Assembly (NCBI RefSeq): GCF_009914755.1
Contig: NC_060939.1
DNA: 64,000 nt
From: the human T2T-CHM13v2.0 reference genome, Homo sapiens
Reading direction: 5' to 3' (one strand)
Part shown: positions 30,468 to 43,422 of the stretch, piece after piece
Layout of the letters: every line of letters starts with the position of its first letter
Numbering within the stretch: the stretch's first letter is position 1
Program-made: the position numbers and the translations under genes
The notes under the pieces: generated by a model
What the model was told of the DNA's origin: nothing
The model's database searches: none
Seen by the model: the letters and a program-made list of their open reading frames with translations, nothing else

Positions 30468-33400
30468 CTTGTGTGTGTGCGGTGTGAGGTATGTGCCCCT
30501 TAAGAAAATGGAAATCAAACAACCAATGGGACAGAGAGACAGACAGACAGACAGAGATTCACTTGCCCAAGTGTTCTGTCCTGTCCTCTGAATCCGCTTC
30601 CAAGACGCAAGACGCTGTGAGCTCCAAGTCCACGCAGAGTCCGCCAAACGCTGCGGCCGCTGATCCGCTCCGCGAAGATCTGAGTACAGGCCAGCCAGGG
30701 TGGGTTTAAATAGCCTCGGGCGCAGCCTAGCAGCGGAAAGGGCGGAGCTTCACTCCTCCTTTCCATCAGTCACCCCCAACTTTCCCAGGCTACACCTCGT
30801 AGGAAACTGTTCTCCTGCTTTGATTTCATGCGCCACCTTTGGGACAATCTAAGAACTTACAGGTTTTCTTGGCCAGATTTATTAGGAATTGTATGCACTG
30901 AAACACTGAAAACCAACTAGTGGTTCTGTGCTTCCCACGTTGTGGTTTTGACACCAGCAGCATCCTTGCCACAATCAAACCCCGGAGATCCGCAGATCTG
31001 TGTTGTAACAAGACCTCCCCCTGACCCTGAAGCATGGCAGTTGAAGAAGTCTTTCCGTGTAAGCGAAAAGACTTTGAAGAAAAGGTGGAGATATGCGTTG
31101 TATAAACATTCTTTTGCTCTGGAACCACGTAGAGACTTGGGAGCCAGTTGGGTGGAGCATTCGTTGGATGAGGGTGCTCGGGTTAGGAATATCAAGGTGT
31201 TTCTCCAGATAATCCAATCATCTAATTAAGATTCCAGTTATGCTCATCTGTTTTAAAATTCCGTTTGGGTAAATTCTTTTAGTCAGACTGAGAATGGCAA
31301 AGCCTCAACCCCAATTTCCAGGGATGGTGGAGAGCCTCAGGTGGAGTTGATCACCAATAGCCTATGGTTTAACCCATCATGCCTATAGAATGAGGTCTCC
31401 ATCAAAACCCAAAAGGACTGGGTTCAGAGAGCTTCTGGATAACACTTCCTGGAAGGTAGTGCGCCCCTCCCCGCATGGCGGGCCCCACATTTATTTCTGA
31501 ACTTTGTGCAATGTCCGCTAAAATACAACGGCAAATGTAAGTGTTTCCCTGCGTGCTGTGAGCTCTTCCAGCAAATGAATGCAACTAAATCTGGGAGTGG
31601 TGGCAACCTGATTTATAGCCAGTTGCTGAGAAGTACAGGTAAAACAACTTAGGGCTTCCCATTGTTATTGGTGTGGGAGGCCTGTCTGGCGGGACTCGGC
31701 CCTTTGGAATCTAATGCTATGTCCCGGTAGATAGCGTCACCATTGAATTAGAAGACACACATATGTGGAGAATAATCTTTCTGGTCATTTGCTGCATGTC
31801 TTATTTACAATATGTAATCAAATTCTTTATCCTGACCTTATGGCCCCTGGGTTTAGGACCATGATTTGAACCAAACGTTGGTCTGTCACTTTCTGAGTTT
31901 GAAACTTTATTTTGCCTTTAGCGTTTTGCTATTGCTTTTTCGTTTTCTTTTGTTTCGTTTCGTTTCTAAGTTCTGGGGTATATGTGCAGGATGTGCAGAT
32001 TTGTTACTAAGGTAAACGTGTGCCATGGTGGTTTGCTGCACCTGTCAACCCGTCACCTAGGTATTAAGCCCAGCGTGCAGTAGCTGTTTTTCTTAACGCT
32101 CTGCCTCCCGAAAGGCCCCAGTGTGTGTTGTTCCCCTTCCTGTGTCCATGGGATCTCACTTTTCAGCTCCCATTATAAGTGAGAAGGTGGCGTTTGGTTT
32201 TCTTTCCCTGGATTAGTTTGCTGACGATAATGACCACACATCACCACTGGTTTTGTTTTTTAGTATAAAGAGTAGTATTTTATTGAATAAGATTTGCTCA
32301 CAGAAAAATAAGCTTAAATTTACAATGAATGCCAGACCCTACAGCAGAAAGCAATTTTCTCACTTTTCCACACACAATGGTTCCTACTAAGTGAAAAAAA
32401 AGCCATAAAATTTCATTCACCAATGTACTACTCTGTCTCAAAACATCTCACATAATCATGCACTGTACTAAACCCATTAGATCAGTTCTTCAGTCAGGTT
32501 AAAGAAGTATCCCTCTAATAACTGACTTTTATAATGCTATCAATATCCACTCCCAATCAGTCTGCCATTGTTAATGGTGTACAGCATTAATGAATACAAG
32601 GGAATTGATGACGCCCATATCCACGGACAAACCGTGACTTATGATGGTTTGATTTATGATTTTTCAACGTTATTATGGGTTTATTGGAATATTAGATGCT
32701 TTTCTGAGTTACACTGGGTTTATGAGTATGCGACCCTATAGTCCAGAAACAGCTGTATAAGGAAAAACAGGTGTACCTCATAAAAATATGCTTAGTGACT
32801 TGGGGTAAACCAATAGATGTTCACAAGTGATGGAGAGCCGTGAAAGAGAGATAGCGGTAAATAGTTACAATAACACAATTTTCCTGCACCTGTCGAGGAT
32901 TTCCCCCAAAAAACGCAGAATGTGGGATGCACCTAAGGCATATGAAAGAGAGAGGGCAGAAGGAGTAAGAGAGAAATAGGAGGAAGGAAGGAAGGAAGCA
33001 AGGAAGAAAGGAAGGAAGGAAAGAAGGAAGGTAGGACGGACGGAAGGAAGGAAGGAAGGAAGGAAGGAAGGAAAGAAGGAAGGAAGGAAGGAAGGAAAGA
33101 AGGATGAAAGGAAGGAGAAAACACCGGTGTTACTAAAACCCCCCAAAAAATGGTTTCCCCCTGTGGGTAAGCCTACAATGTGGATGAATCTTGAAAATAT
33201 TGTGCTACGTGTTATGTCAGTCATAGCAGCTCACCTATTGTGCAATTCCGTTTATAGGAAATGTCCACAATATGGAAATCTATGCATATGGGATTGATCG
33301 CACTAGGTAGTTGCTACCTAGGGCTGAGGGTCAGGGAGAGGGTTTGAGACAGAATGAGGAGTGACTAATGTCTACAGGGTCTTTCTCTGGTCGGGGGTGA

Positions 33401-33713
33401 TAAGACGTTTTACAATGGATTGCGAATTAAAATTGAATGTGCACAACCACAGGTATACTAAAAGCCACTCAATTCATGACCTTTAATGGGGGAATCTTAC
33501 GTGGCGTAGTCTCATGGAGACCACGGCAGACATAGTGAGAGAGAAAAAGGTGAGTAAATATCTGAAACGGAGGCAGAAACAGAGAGAATGAAAAGCCCTG
33601 TGAATGGAAGGGAGAGCGAAAAGGGAAAATGGTCCTATTTACAAATGACAGATGTGAAACTGGGGTTCACATCAACAGTGTCACTGCCAGGAAGGAAGGT
33701 CATGCTAGCCATG

Positions 33714-36695
33714 TCACCGGTAGTGTGGCCCGCAGGGACGCCGACCTGCTGGAGCGTCGTGCCAGCATGGGCTGTGGCAAGCACGTGGGCCAGCAGGAGG
33801 TTCCCGCTGCACAGCTGTGGGGTGAGGATAGACTGGGTGGTGATATCGGCCATTACAGGGGCCTCTTCTGCTGGCAAGAGTGTGACAGTAGCAAGTAGAT
33901 GGACAGGCCTGCGTGTGAGGACGGAATGCAGGAGGGGTTCTTGTGCGCCTGGGTGTGGGGCCCTCACGGGAACCGTGGAGAAATGGCCAGGTAACTGCGT
34001 CATGTGGGCTAGTAGATTGGCCAGGGCTTCGAACTGAAGGACGATAATGGGGAGTAGCTGTCAGGCCCTGGGAGTGCCTGAGTGTAAGTGGAGATGGGTT
34101 TGGGGTCACTGAGGGATGCGTGGGAGCCATCCCTGTATAGGTACAGGTCATAGGGAGATAGTCTCGTGAGGCCTGTGAGTGTCTAGGGTTGTCCTGGGTG
34201 CCTGGGGCTGACTGTGGCAGAAATCTGGGGAAGGCTGGAGAGAAGCTGGGAGACCCAGGAGAGTCCCTGAAGGCAGGGGGTGAAGAGGTGAAAGAAATGG
34301 GGGAGGGTTGCAGTAAGGTCCGTGAGTTTGTAGGTGATTCCTGGGTGCGGGAAGCTGACTCCAGGTGAAATCTGGAGATGGTTGGAGAGTAGCTGAGAGA
34401 GACAGAAGAGTCCCTGAGGGCTGGGGGTGAGAACATGAGGGAGACGGGGGAGTAAGTCAGTGAAATTCGTGAGTTCGGTGGTGTATCGTGGGTGCCTGGA
34501 ACTGACTCCAGCTGGAATCTAGAGAAGTTTTGAGAGTAGCTGAAGGAGACACAAGAGTCCCTGTGGGCTGAGGGCAAAGACCTGAGAGAGACCAGGGAGG
34601 ACCTCAGTGAAGTCTGTGAGTCTGTAGGTGATTCCGGAGTGTGGGAGGCTGACTCCCGCTGAAATCTGGGCGTGGTGGGAGAGTAGCTGGGACAGACAGG
34701 AGAGTCCCAGGGGGCTGGGGGTGAAGACATGAGAGAGACTGGGGAGTAACTCAGTGAAATTGCTGAGTTGGTTGGTGATACCTGGGTGCCTGGAACTGAC
34801 CCCCGCTGAAATCTGGGCATAGTTGGAGAGTAGCTGGGACACACAGGAGAGTCCCTGAGGGCTGGGGGTGAAGACATGAGCGAGACCGGGGAGTAACTGA
34901 GTGAAACTGGTGAGTTTGGTGGTGACTCCGGGGTGCCTGGAACTGACTCCAGCTGAAATGTGGGCGTGGTTGGAGAGTAGCTGGGACAGACAGGAGAGTC
35001 CCTGAGGACTGGTGAAGACATGAGAGAGAGTGGAGAGTAATTGAGTGAAATTGGTGAGTTTAGTGGTGATTCCTGGGTGCCTGGAACTGACTCCCGCTGA
35101 AGTGTGGGCGTGGTTGGAGAGTAGCTGGGACACACAGGAGAGTCCCTGAGGGTTGGAGATAAAGACGTGCTAGAGACTGAGGAGTAACTGAGTGAAATTG
35201 GTGAGTTTGGTGGTGATTCCGGGGTGCCTGGAACGGACTCCAGCTGAAATGTGGGCGTGGTTGGAGAGTAGCTGGGACAGACGGGAGAGTCCCTGAGGGA
35301 TGGTGAAGACATGAGAGAGACTGGGGAGTAACGCAGTGAAATTGGTGAGTTTGGTGGTGATTTCTGGGTGCCTGCAACGGACTCCCGCTGAAGTGTGGGC
35401 GTGCTTGGAGAGTAGCTGGGACAGACAGGCGAGTCCCTGAGGGTTGGAGATAAAGACGTGCTGGAGACTGGGGAGTAACTCAGTGAAAGTGGTGGGCTTG
35501 GTGGTGATCCCAGGGTTCCTGGAACTGACCCGCGCTGAAATGTGGGCGTGGTTGGAGAGTAGCTGGGACAGACTGGAGGGTCCGTAAAGGCTGGGGGTGA
35601 AGACGTGAGAGAGACTGGCGAGGATCTCACTGAGGTCTGTGAGTTTGTAGGTGTTTCTGGGGTGTGGGGTACAGACTCCCGCTGAAATCTGGGCGTAGTT
35701 GGAGAGTAGCTGGGACAGACAGGAGAGTCATGGGTGGCTGGGGGTGAGCTGCTGGATGATGGCAGTAAGAACATATGGTACATTATTGATGAATGAGGTG
35801 ACTGTGAAGAATCTCCAGAGGAGGACACGGGAGAACACAATGACATGAGTGACTGTCCTGCTTGGTTAGGAAAGGGAAACGTAAAGTTGTGGAATTCTGT
35901 TGATGATGGATGTGAGAGTGGTGAAGCCCTGCGGGATGATGTAGAGGACTTCCACATCCCTGGTGAGGAGCTGCCCCTTGGGTCTGAGTTTCTGGGAGGG
36001 GAGAGGGAGAAGCTGGGTGAGGCAGGCATGAATCTTGAGGAGTCAGGGCTGGGGGACCGCTCATATTCTCCCGAGACCTGTGAGTCTCTGGGGGACTCCT
36101 GGGTGCATGGGGCTGACTCCCGCAGGAACCTGGGGATGGCTGGAGAGTAACTGGGAGCCACAGGAGGGTCCCTGAGGCCTGGGGGTGAAGAGATGCAAGA
36201 CACAGGGGTGGAGCAGCGTGAGGCTCGTGAGTTTGTAGGTGATTCCTGGGTGTGGGGGGCTGACTCCAGCTGAAATCTGGGGTTGTTTGGAGAGTAGCTG
36301 GGAGACACAGGAGACCCCCCGAGAGCTGGGGGTGAGCTGCTGGGTGATGGCAGTAAGAACATGTGGTATATTATTGATGAACGTGGGGACTCTGAGGAGT
36401 CCTCAGAGGAGGACACGGCAGAGCCCAATGGCTTCATTGATTGCCCATCACGGTGAGGACAGGGAAATGGGAGCTTGGGGGATTCTGGTGATGACAGAGG
36501 TGAGTGTGGTGAAGCCCTAGGGGATGGTGAATGGTAGTTCCGGATCCCTGGTGAGGAGCTTCCCCTTAAGCCTGAGTTTCTGAGAGGGGAGAGGGAGAAG
36601 CTGGGTGAGGCTCGCATGGACCTTGGGGTGTCCGTGCTGGGGGACCGTTCATAAGAAGAGCCAGACAAGACCCTACTGTTCTTAGGTGCAGACAT
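33714..36695 (-). CDS. Putative 993-aa CTD-like heptad-repeat protein (copy 4)
   Basis: Intact ORF; upstream TATA box carries a variant. Confidence 0.5.
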   Translation of the reverse strand: MSAPKNSRVLSGSSYERSPSTDTPRSMRASPSFSLSPLRNSGLRGSSSPGIRNYHSPSPRASPHSPLSSPESPKLPFPCPHRDGQSMKPLGSAVSSSEDSSESPRSSIIYHMFLLPSPSSSPPALGGSPVSPSYSPNNPRFQLESAPHTQESPTNSRASRCSTPVSCISSPPGLRDPPVAPSYSPAIPRFLRESAPCTQESPRDSQVSGEYERSPSPDSSRFMPASPSFSLSPPRNSDPRGSSSPGMWKSSTSSRRASPLSHPSSTEFHNFTFPFPNQAGQSLMSLCSPVSSSGDSSQSPHSSIMYHMFLLPSSSSSPPATHDSPVCPSYSPTTPRFQRESVPHTPETPTNSQTSVRSSPVSLTSSPPAFTDPPVCPSYSPTTPTFQRGSVPGTLGSPPSPPLSLSYSPVSSTSLSPTLRDSPVCPSYSPSTPTLQRESVAGTQKSPPNSPISLRYSPVSLMSSPSLRDSPVCPSYSPTTPTFQLESVPGTPESPPNSPISLSYSSVSSTSLSPTLRDSPVCPSYSPTTPTLQRESVPGTQESPLNSPISLNYSPLSLMSSPVLRDSPVCPSYSPTTPTFQLESVPGTPESPPNSPVSLSYSPVSLMSSPPALRDSPVCPSYSPTMPRFQRGSVPGTQVSPTNSAISLSYSPVSLMSSPPAPWDSPVCPSYSPTTPRFQRESASHTPESPTDSQTSLRSSLVSLRSLPSAHRDSCVSFSYSQNFSRFQLESVPGTHDTPPNSRISLTYSPVSLMFSPPALRDSSVSLSYSPTISRFHLESASRTQESPTNSRTLLQPSPISFTSSPPAFRDSPGSPSFSPAFPRFLPQSAPGTQDNPRHSQASRDYLPMTCTYTGMAPTHPSVTPNPSPLTLRHSQGLTATPHYRPSVRSPGQSTSPHDAVTWPFLHGSREGPTPRRTRTPPAFRPHTQACPSTCYCHTLASRRGPCNGRYHHPVYPHPTAVQREPPAGPRACHSPCWHDAPAGRRPCGPHYR

Positions 36696-39600
36696 GATTA
36701 GGAAACCTGCAGCTCCCAGGGGCCCCTACTAATGTTCTAACTCGAAGAAGGAAGGAGTGTGTGTGCGTGTGTGCGTGTGCGTGTGTGTGTGTGTGTGCTT
36801 GTGTGTGTGCGGTGTGAGGTATGTGCCCCTTAAGAAAATGGAAATCAACCAACCAATGAGACAGAGAGACAGACAGACAGACAGAGATTCACTTGCCCAA
36901 GTGTTCTGTCCTGTCCTCTGAATCCGCTTCCAAGTCGCAAGACGCTGTGAGCTCCAAGTCCACGCAGAGTCCGCCAAACGCTGCGGCCGCTGATCCGCTC
37001 CGCGAAGATCTGAGTACAGGCCAGCCAGGGTGGGTTTAGATAGCCTCGGGCGCAGCCTAGCAGCGGAAAGGGCGGAGCTTCACTCCTCCTTTCCATCAGT
37101 CACCCCCAACTTTCCCAGGCTACACCTCGTAGGAAACTGTTCTCCTGCTTTGATTTCATGCGCCACCTTTGGGACAATCTAAGAACTTACAGGTTTTCTT
37201 GGCCAGATTTATTAGGAATTGTATGCACTGAAACACTGAAAACCAACTAGTGGTTCTGTGCTTCCCACGTTGTGGTTTGACACCAGCAGCATCCTTGCCA
37301 CAATCAAACCCCGGAGATCCGCAGATCTGTGTTGTAACAAGACCTCCCCCTGACCCTGAAGCGTGGCAGTTGAAGAAGTCTTTCCGTGTAAGCGAAAAGA
37401 CTTTGAAGAAAAGGTGGAGATATGCGTTGTATAAACATTCTTTTGCTCTGGAACCACGTAGAGACTTGGGAGCCAGTTGGGTGGAGCATTCGTTGTATGA
37501 GGGTGCTCGGGTTAGGAATATCAAGGTGTGGCTCCAGATAATCCAATCATCTAATTAAGATTCCAGTTATGCTCATCTGTTTTAAAATTCCGTTTGGGTA
37601 AATTCTTTTAGTCAGACTGAGAATGGCAAAGCCTCAACCCCAATTTCCAGGGAGGGTGGAGAGCCTCAGGTGGAGTTGATCACCAATAGCCTATGGTTTA
37701 ACCCATCATGCCTATAGAATGAGGTCTCCATCAAAACCCAAAAGGACTGGGTTCAGAGAGCTTCTGGATAACACTTCCTGGAAGGTAGTGCACCCCTCCC
37801 CGCATGCCGGGCCCCACATTTATTTCTGAACTTTGTGCAATGTCCGCTAAAATACAACGGCAAATGTAAGTGTTTCCCTGCGTGCTGTGAGCTCTTCCAG
37901 CAAATGAATGCAACTAAATCTGGGAGTGGTGGCAACCTGATTTATAGCCAGTTGCTGAGAAGCACAGGTAAAACAACGTAGGGCTTCCCATTGTTATTGG
38001 TGTGGGAGGCCTGTCTGGCGGGACTCGGCCCTTTGGAATCTAATGCTATGTCCCGGTAGATAGCGTCACCATTGAATTAGAAGACACACATATGTGGAGA
38101 ATAATCTTTCTGGTCATTTAGTGCATGTCATATTTACAATATGTAATCAAATTCTTTATCCTGACCTCATGGCACCTGGGTTTAGGACCATGATTTGAAC
38201 CAAACGTTGGTCTGTCACTTTCTGAGTTTGAAACTTTATTTTGCCTTTAGCGTTTTGCTATTGCTTTTTCGTTTTCTTTTGTTTCGTTTCGTTTCTAAGT
38301 TCTGGGGTATATGTGCAGGATGTGCAGATTTGTTACTAAGGTAAACGTGTGCCATTTTTGTTTGCTGCACCTGTCAACCCGTCACCTAGGTATTAAGCCC
38401 AGCATGCAGTAGCTGTTTTTCTTAACGCTCTGCCTCCCGAAAGGCCCCAGTGTGTGTTGTTCCCCTTCCTGTGTCCATGGGATCTCACTTTTCAGCTCCC
38501 ATTATAAGTGAGAAGGTGGCGTTTGGTTTTCTTTCCCTGGATTAGTTTGCTGACGATAATGACCACACATCACCACTGTTTTTGTTTTTTAGTATAAAGA
38601 GTAGTATTTTATTGAATAAGATTTGCTCACAGAAAAATAAGCTTAAATCTACAATGAATGCCAGACCCTACAGCAGAAAGCAATTTTCTCACTTTTCCAC
38701 ACACAATGGTTCCTACTAAGTGAAAAAAAAGCCATAAAATTTCATTCACAAATGTACTACTCTGTCTCAAAACATCTCACGTAATCATGCACTGTACTAA
38801 AGCCATCAGATCAGTTCTTCAGTCAGGTTAAAGAAGTATCCCTCTAATAACTGACTCTTATAATGCTATCAATATGCACTCCCAATCAGTCTGCCATTGT
38901 TAATGGTGTACAGCATTACTGAATACAACGGAATTGATGACGCCCATATCCACAGACAAACCGTGACTTATGATGGTTTGATTTATGATTTTTCAACGTT
39001 ATGATGGGTTTATTGGAATATTAGATTCGTTTCTGAGTTACACTGGGTTTATGAGTATGCGACCCTACACTCCAGAAACAGCTGTATAAGGAAAAACAGG
39101 TGTACCTAATAAAAATATGCTTAGTGACTTGGGATAAACCAATAGATGTTCACAAGTGATGGAGAGCCGTGAAAGAGAGATAGCGGTAAATAGTTACAAT
39201 AACACAATTTTCCTGCACCTGTCGAGGATTTCCCCCAAAAAACGCAGAATGTGGGATGCACCTAAGGCATATGAAAGACAGAGGGCAGAAGGAGTAAGAG
39301 AGAAATAGGAGGAAGGAAGGAAGGAAGCAAGGAAGAAAGGAAGGAAGGAAAGAAGGAAGGTAGGACGGACGGAAGGAAGGAAGGAAGGAAGGAAGGAAGG
39401 AAAGAAGGAAGGAAGGAAGGAAGGAAAGAAGGATGAAAGGAAGGAGAAAACACCGGTGTTACTAAAACCCCCCAAAAAATGGTTTCCCCCTGTGGGTAAG
39501 CCTACAATGTGGATGAATCTTGAAAATATTGTGCTACGTGTTATGTCAGTCATAGCAGCTCACCTATTGTGCAATTCCGTTTATAGGAAATGTCCACAAT

Positions 39601-40042
39601 ATGGAAATCTATGCATATGGGATTGATCGCACTAGGTAGTTGCTACCTAGGGCTGAGGGTCAGGGAGAGGGTTTGAGACAGAATGAGGAGTGACTAATGT
39701 CTACAGGGTCTTTCTCTGGTCGGGGGTGATAAGACGTTTTACAATGGATTGCGAATTAAAATTGAATGTGCACAACCACAGGTATACTAAAAGCCACTCA
39801 ATTCATGACCTTTAATGGGGGAATCTTACGTGGCGTAGTCTCATGGAGACCACGGCAGACATAGTGAGAGAGAAAAAGGTGAGTAAATATCTGAAACGGA
39901 GGCAGAAACAGAGAGAATGAAAAGCCCTGTGAATGGAAGGGAGAGCGAAAAGGGAAAATGGTCCTATTTACAAATGACAGATGTGAAACTGGGGTTCACA
40001 TCAACAGTGTCACTGCCAGGAAGGAGGGTCATGCTAGCCATG

Positions 40043-43000
40043 TCACCGGTAGTGTGGCCCGCAGGGACGCCGACCTGCTGGAGCGTCGTGCCAGCATGGA
40101 CTGTGGCAACCACGTGGGCCAGCAGGAGGTTCCCGCTGCACAGCTGTGGGGTGAGGATAGACTGGGTGGTGATATCGGCCATTACAGGGGCCTCTTCTGC
40201 TGGCAAGAGTGTGACAGTAGCAAGTAGATGGACAGGCCTGCGTGTGAGGACGGAATGCAGGAGGGGTTCTTGTGCGCCTGGGTGTGGGGCCCTCACGGGA
40301 ACCGTGGAGAAATGGCCAGGTAACTGCGTCATGTGGGCTAGTAGATTGGCCAGGGCTTCGAACTGAAGGACGATAATGGGGAGTAGCTGTCAGGCCCTGG
40401 GAGTGCCTGAGTGTAAGTGGAGATGGGTTTGGGGTCACTGAGGGATGCGTGGGAGCCATCCCTGTATAGGTACAGGTCATAGGGAGATAGTCTCGTGAGG
40501 CCTGTGAGTGTCTAGGGTTGTCCTGGGTGCCTGGGGCTGACTGTGGCAGAAATCTGGGGAAGGCTGGAGAGAAGCTGGGAGACCCAGGAGAGTCCCTGAA
40601 GGCAGGGGGTGAAGAGGTGAAAGAAATGGGGGAGGGTTGCAGTAAGGTCCGTGAGTTTGTAGGTGATTCCTGGGTGCGGGAAGCTGACTCCAGGTGAAAT
40701 CTGGAGATGGTTGGAGAGTAGCTGAGAGAGACAGAAGAGTCCCTGAGGGCTGGGGGTGAGAACATGAGGGAGACGGGGGAGTAAGTCAGTGAAATTCGTG
40801 AGTTCGGTGGTGTATCGTGGGTGCCTGGAACTGACTCCAGCTGGAATCTAGAGAAGTTTTGAGAGTAGCTGAAGGAGACACAAGAGTCCCTGTGGGCTGA
40901 GGGCAAAGACCTGAGAGAGACCAGGGAGGACCTCAGTGAAGTCTGTGAGTCTGTAGGTGATTCCGGAGTGTGGGAGGCTGACTCCCGCTGAAATCTGGGC
41001 GTGGTGGGAGAGTAGCTGGGACAGACAGGAGAGTCCCAGGGGGCTGGGGGTGAAGACATGAGAGAGACTGGGGAGTAACTCAGTGAAATTGCTGAGTTGG
41101 TTGGTGATACCTGGGTGCCTGGAACTGACCCCCGCTGAAATCTGGGCATAGTTGGAGAGTAGCTGGGACACACAGGAGAGTCCCTGAGGGCTGGGGGTGA
41201 AGACATGAGCGAGACCGGGGAGTAACTGAGTGAAACTGGTGAGTTTGGTGGTGACTCCGGGGTGCCTGGAACTGACTCCAGCTGAAATGTGGGCGTGGTT
41301 GGAGAGTAGCTGGGACAGACAGGAGAGTCCCTGAGGACTGGTGAAGACATGAGAGAGAGTGGAGAGTAATTGAGTGAAATTGGTGAGTTTAGTGGTGATT
41401 CCTGGGTGCCTGGAACTGACTCCCGCTGAAGTGTGGGCGTGGTTGGAGAGTAGCTGGGACACACAGGAGAGTCCCTGAGGGTTGGAGATAAAGACGTGCT
41501 AGAGACTGAGGAGTAACTGAGTGAAATTGGTGAGTTTGGTGGTGATTCCGGGGTGCCTGGAACGGACTCCAGCTGAAATGTGGGCGTGGTTGGAGAGTAG
41601 CTGGGACAGACGGGAGAGTCCCTGAGGGATGGTGAAGACATGAGAGAGACTGGGGAGTAACGCAGTGAAATTGGTGAGTTTGGTGGTGATTTCTGGGTGC
41701 CTGCAACGGACTCCCGCTGAAGTGTGGGCGTGCTTGGAGAGTAGCTGGGACAGACAGGCGAGTCCCTGAGGGTTGGAGATAAAGACGTGCTAGAGACTGA
41801 GGAGTAACTGAGTGAAATTGGTGAGTTTGGTGGTGATTCCGGGGTGCCTGGAACGGACTCCAGCTGAAATGTGGGCGTGGTTGGAGAGTAGCTGGGACAG
41901 ACGGGAGAGTCCCTGAGGGATGGTGAAGACATGAGAGAGACTGGGGAGTAACGCAGTGAAATTGGTGAGTTTGGTGGTGATTTCTGGGTGCCTGCAACGG
42001 ACTCCCGCTGAAGTGTGGGCGTGCTTGGAGAGTAGCTGGGACAGACAGGCGAGTCCCTGAGGGTTGGAGATAAAGACGTGCTGGAGACTGGGGAGTAACT
42101 CAGTGAAAGTGGTGGGCTTGGTGGTGATCCCAGGGTTCCTGGAACTGACCCGCGCTGAAATGTGGGCGTGGTTGGAGAGTAGCTGGGACAGACTGGAGGG
42201 TCCGTAAAGGCTGGGGGTGAAGACGTGAGAGAGACTGGCGAGGATCTCACTGAGGTCTGTGAGTTTGTAGGTGTTTCTGGGGTGTGGGGTACAGACTCCC
42301 GCTGAAATCTGGGCGTAGTTGGAGAGTAGCTGGGACAGACAGGAGAGTCATGGGTGGCTGGGGGTGAGCTGCTGGATGATGGCAGTAAGAACATATGGTA
42401 CATTATTGATGAATGAGGTGACTGTGAAGAATCTCCAGAGGAGGACACGGGAGAACACAATGACATGAGTGACTGTCCTGCTTGGTTAGGAAAGGGAAAC
42501 GTAAAGTTGTGGAATTCTGTTGATGATGGATGTGAGAGTGGTGAAGCCCTGCGGGATGATGTAGAGGACTTCCACATCCCTGGTGAGGAGCTGCCCCTTG
42601 GGTCTGAGTTTCTGGGAGGGGAGAGGGAGAAGCTGGGTGAGGCAGGCATGAATCTTGAGGAGTCAGGGCTGGGGGACCGCTCATATTCTCCCGAGACCTG
42701 TGAGTCTCTGGGGGACTCCTGGGTGCATGGGGCTGACTCCCGCAGGAACCTGGGGATGGCTGGAGAGTAACTGGGAGCCACAGGAGGGTCCCTGAGGCCT
42801 GGGGGTGAAGAGATGCAAGACACAGGGGTGGAGCAGCGTGAGGCTCGTGAGTTTGTAGGTGATTCCTGGGTGTGGGGGGCTGACTCCAGCTGAAATCTGG
42901 GGTTGTTTGGAGAGTAGCTGGGAGACACAGGAGACCCCCCGAGAGCTGGGGGTGAGCTGCTGGGTGATGGCAGTAAGAACATGTGGTATATTATTGATGA

Positions 43001-43315
43001 ACGTGGGGACTCTGAGGAGTCCTCAGAGGAGGACACGGCAGAGCCCAATGGCTTCATTGATTCCCCATCAAGGTGAGGACAGGGAAATGGGAGCTTGTGG
43101 GATTCTGGTGATGACAGAGGTGAGTGTGGTGAAGCCCTAGGGGATGGTGAATGGTAGTTCCGGATCCCTGGTGAGGAGCTTCCCCTTAAGCCTGAGTTTC
43201 TGAGAGGGGAGAGGGAGAAGCTGGGTGAGGCTCGCATGGACCTTGGGGTGTCCGTGCTGGGGGACCGTTCATAAGAAGAGCCAGACAAGACCCTACTGTT
43301 CTTAGGTGCAGACAT
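40043..43315 (-). CDS. Putative 1090-aa CTD-like heptad-repeat protein (copy 5)
   Basis: Intact ORF. Confidence 0.55.
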   Translation of the reverse strand: MSAPKNSRVLSGSSYERSPSTDTPRSMRASPSFSLSPLRNSGLRGSSSPGIRNYHSPSPRASPHSPLSSPESHKLPFPCPHLDGESMKPLGSAVSSSEDSSESPRSSIIYHMFLLPSPSSSPPALGGSPVSPSYSPNNPRFQLESAPHTQESPTNSRASRCSTPVSCISSPPGLRDPPVAPSYSPAIPRFLRESAPCTQESPRDSQVSGEYERSPSPDSSRFMPASPSFSLSPPRNSDPRGSSSPGMWKSSTSSRRASPLSHPSSTEFHNFTFPFPNQAGQSLMSLCSPVSSSGDSSQSPHSSIMYHMFLLPSSSSSPPATHDSPVCPSYSPTTPRFQRESVPHTPETPTNSQTSVRSSPVSLTSSPPAFTDPPVCPSYSPTTPTFQRGSVPGTLGSPPSPPLSLSYSPVSSTSLSPTLRDSPVCPSYSPSTPTLQRESVAGTQKSPPNSPISLRYSPVSLMSSPSLRDSPVCPSYSPTTPTFQLESVPGTPESPPNSPISLSYSSVSSTSLSPTLRDSPVCPSYSPSTPTLQRESVAGTQKSPPNSPISLRYSPVSLMSSPSLRDSPVCPSYSPTTPTFQLESVPGTPESPPNSPISLSYSSVSSTSLSPTLRDSPVCPSYSPTTPTLQRESVPGTQESPLNSPISLNYSPLSLMSSPVLRDSPVCPSYSPTTPTFQLESVPGTPESPPNSPVSLSYSPVSLMSSPPALRDSPVCPSYSPTMPRFQRGSVPGTQVSPTNSAISLSYSPVSLMSSPPAPWDSPVCPSYSPTTPRFQRESASHTPESPTDSQTSLRSSLVSLRSLPSAHRDSCVSFSYSQNFSRFQLESVPGTHDTPPNSRISLTYSPVSLMFSPPALRDSSVSLSYSPTISRFHLESASRTQESPTNSRTLLQPSPISFTSSPPAFRDSPGSPSFSPAFPRFLPQSAPGTQDNPRHSQASRDYLPMTCTYTGMAPTHPSVTPNPSPLTLRHSQGLTATPHYRPSVRSPGQSTSPHDAVTWPFLHGSREGPTPRRTRTPPAFRPHTQACPSTCYCHTLASRRGPCNGRYHHPVYPHPTAVQREPPAGPRGCHSPCWHDAPAGRRPCGPHYR

Positions 43316-43390
43316 GATTAGGAAACCTGCAGCTCCCAGGGGCCCCCACTAATGTTCTAACTCGAAGAAGGAAGGAGTGTGTGTGCGTGT

Positions 43391-43422
<32 letters not shown>

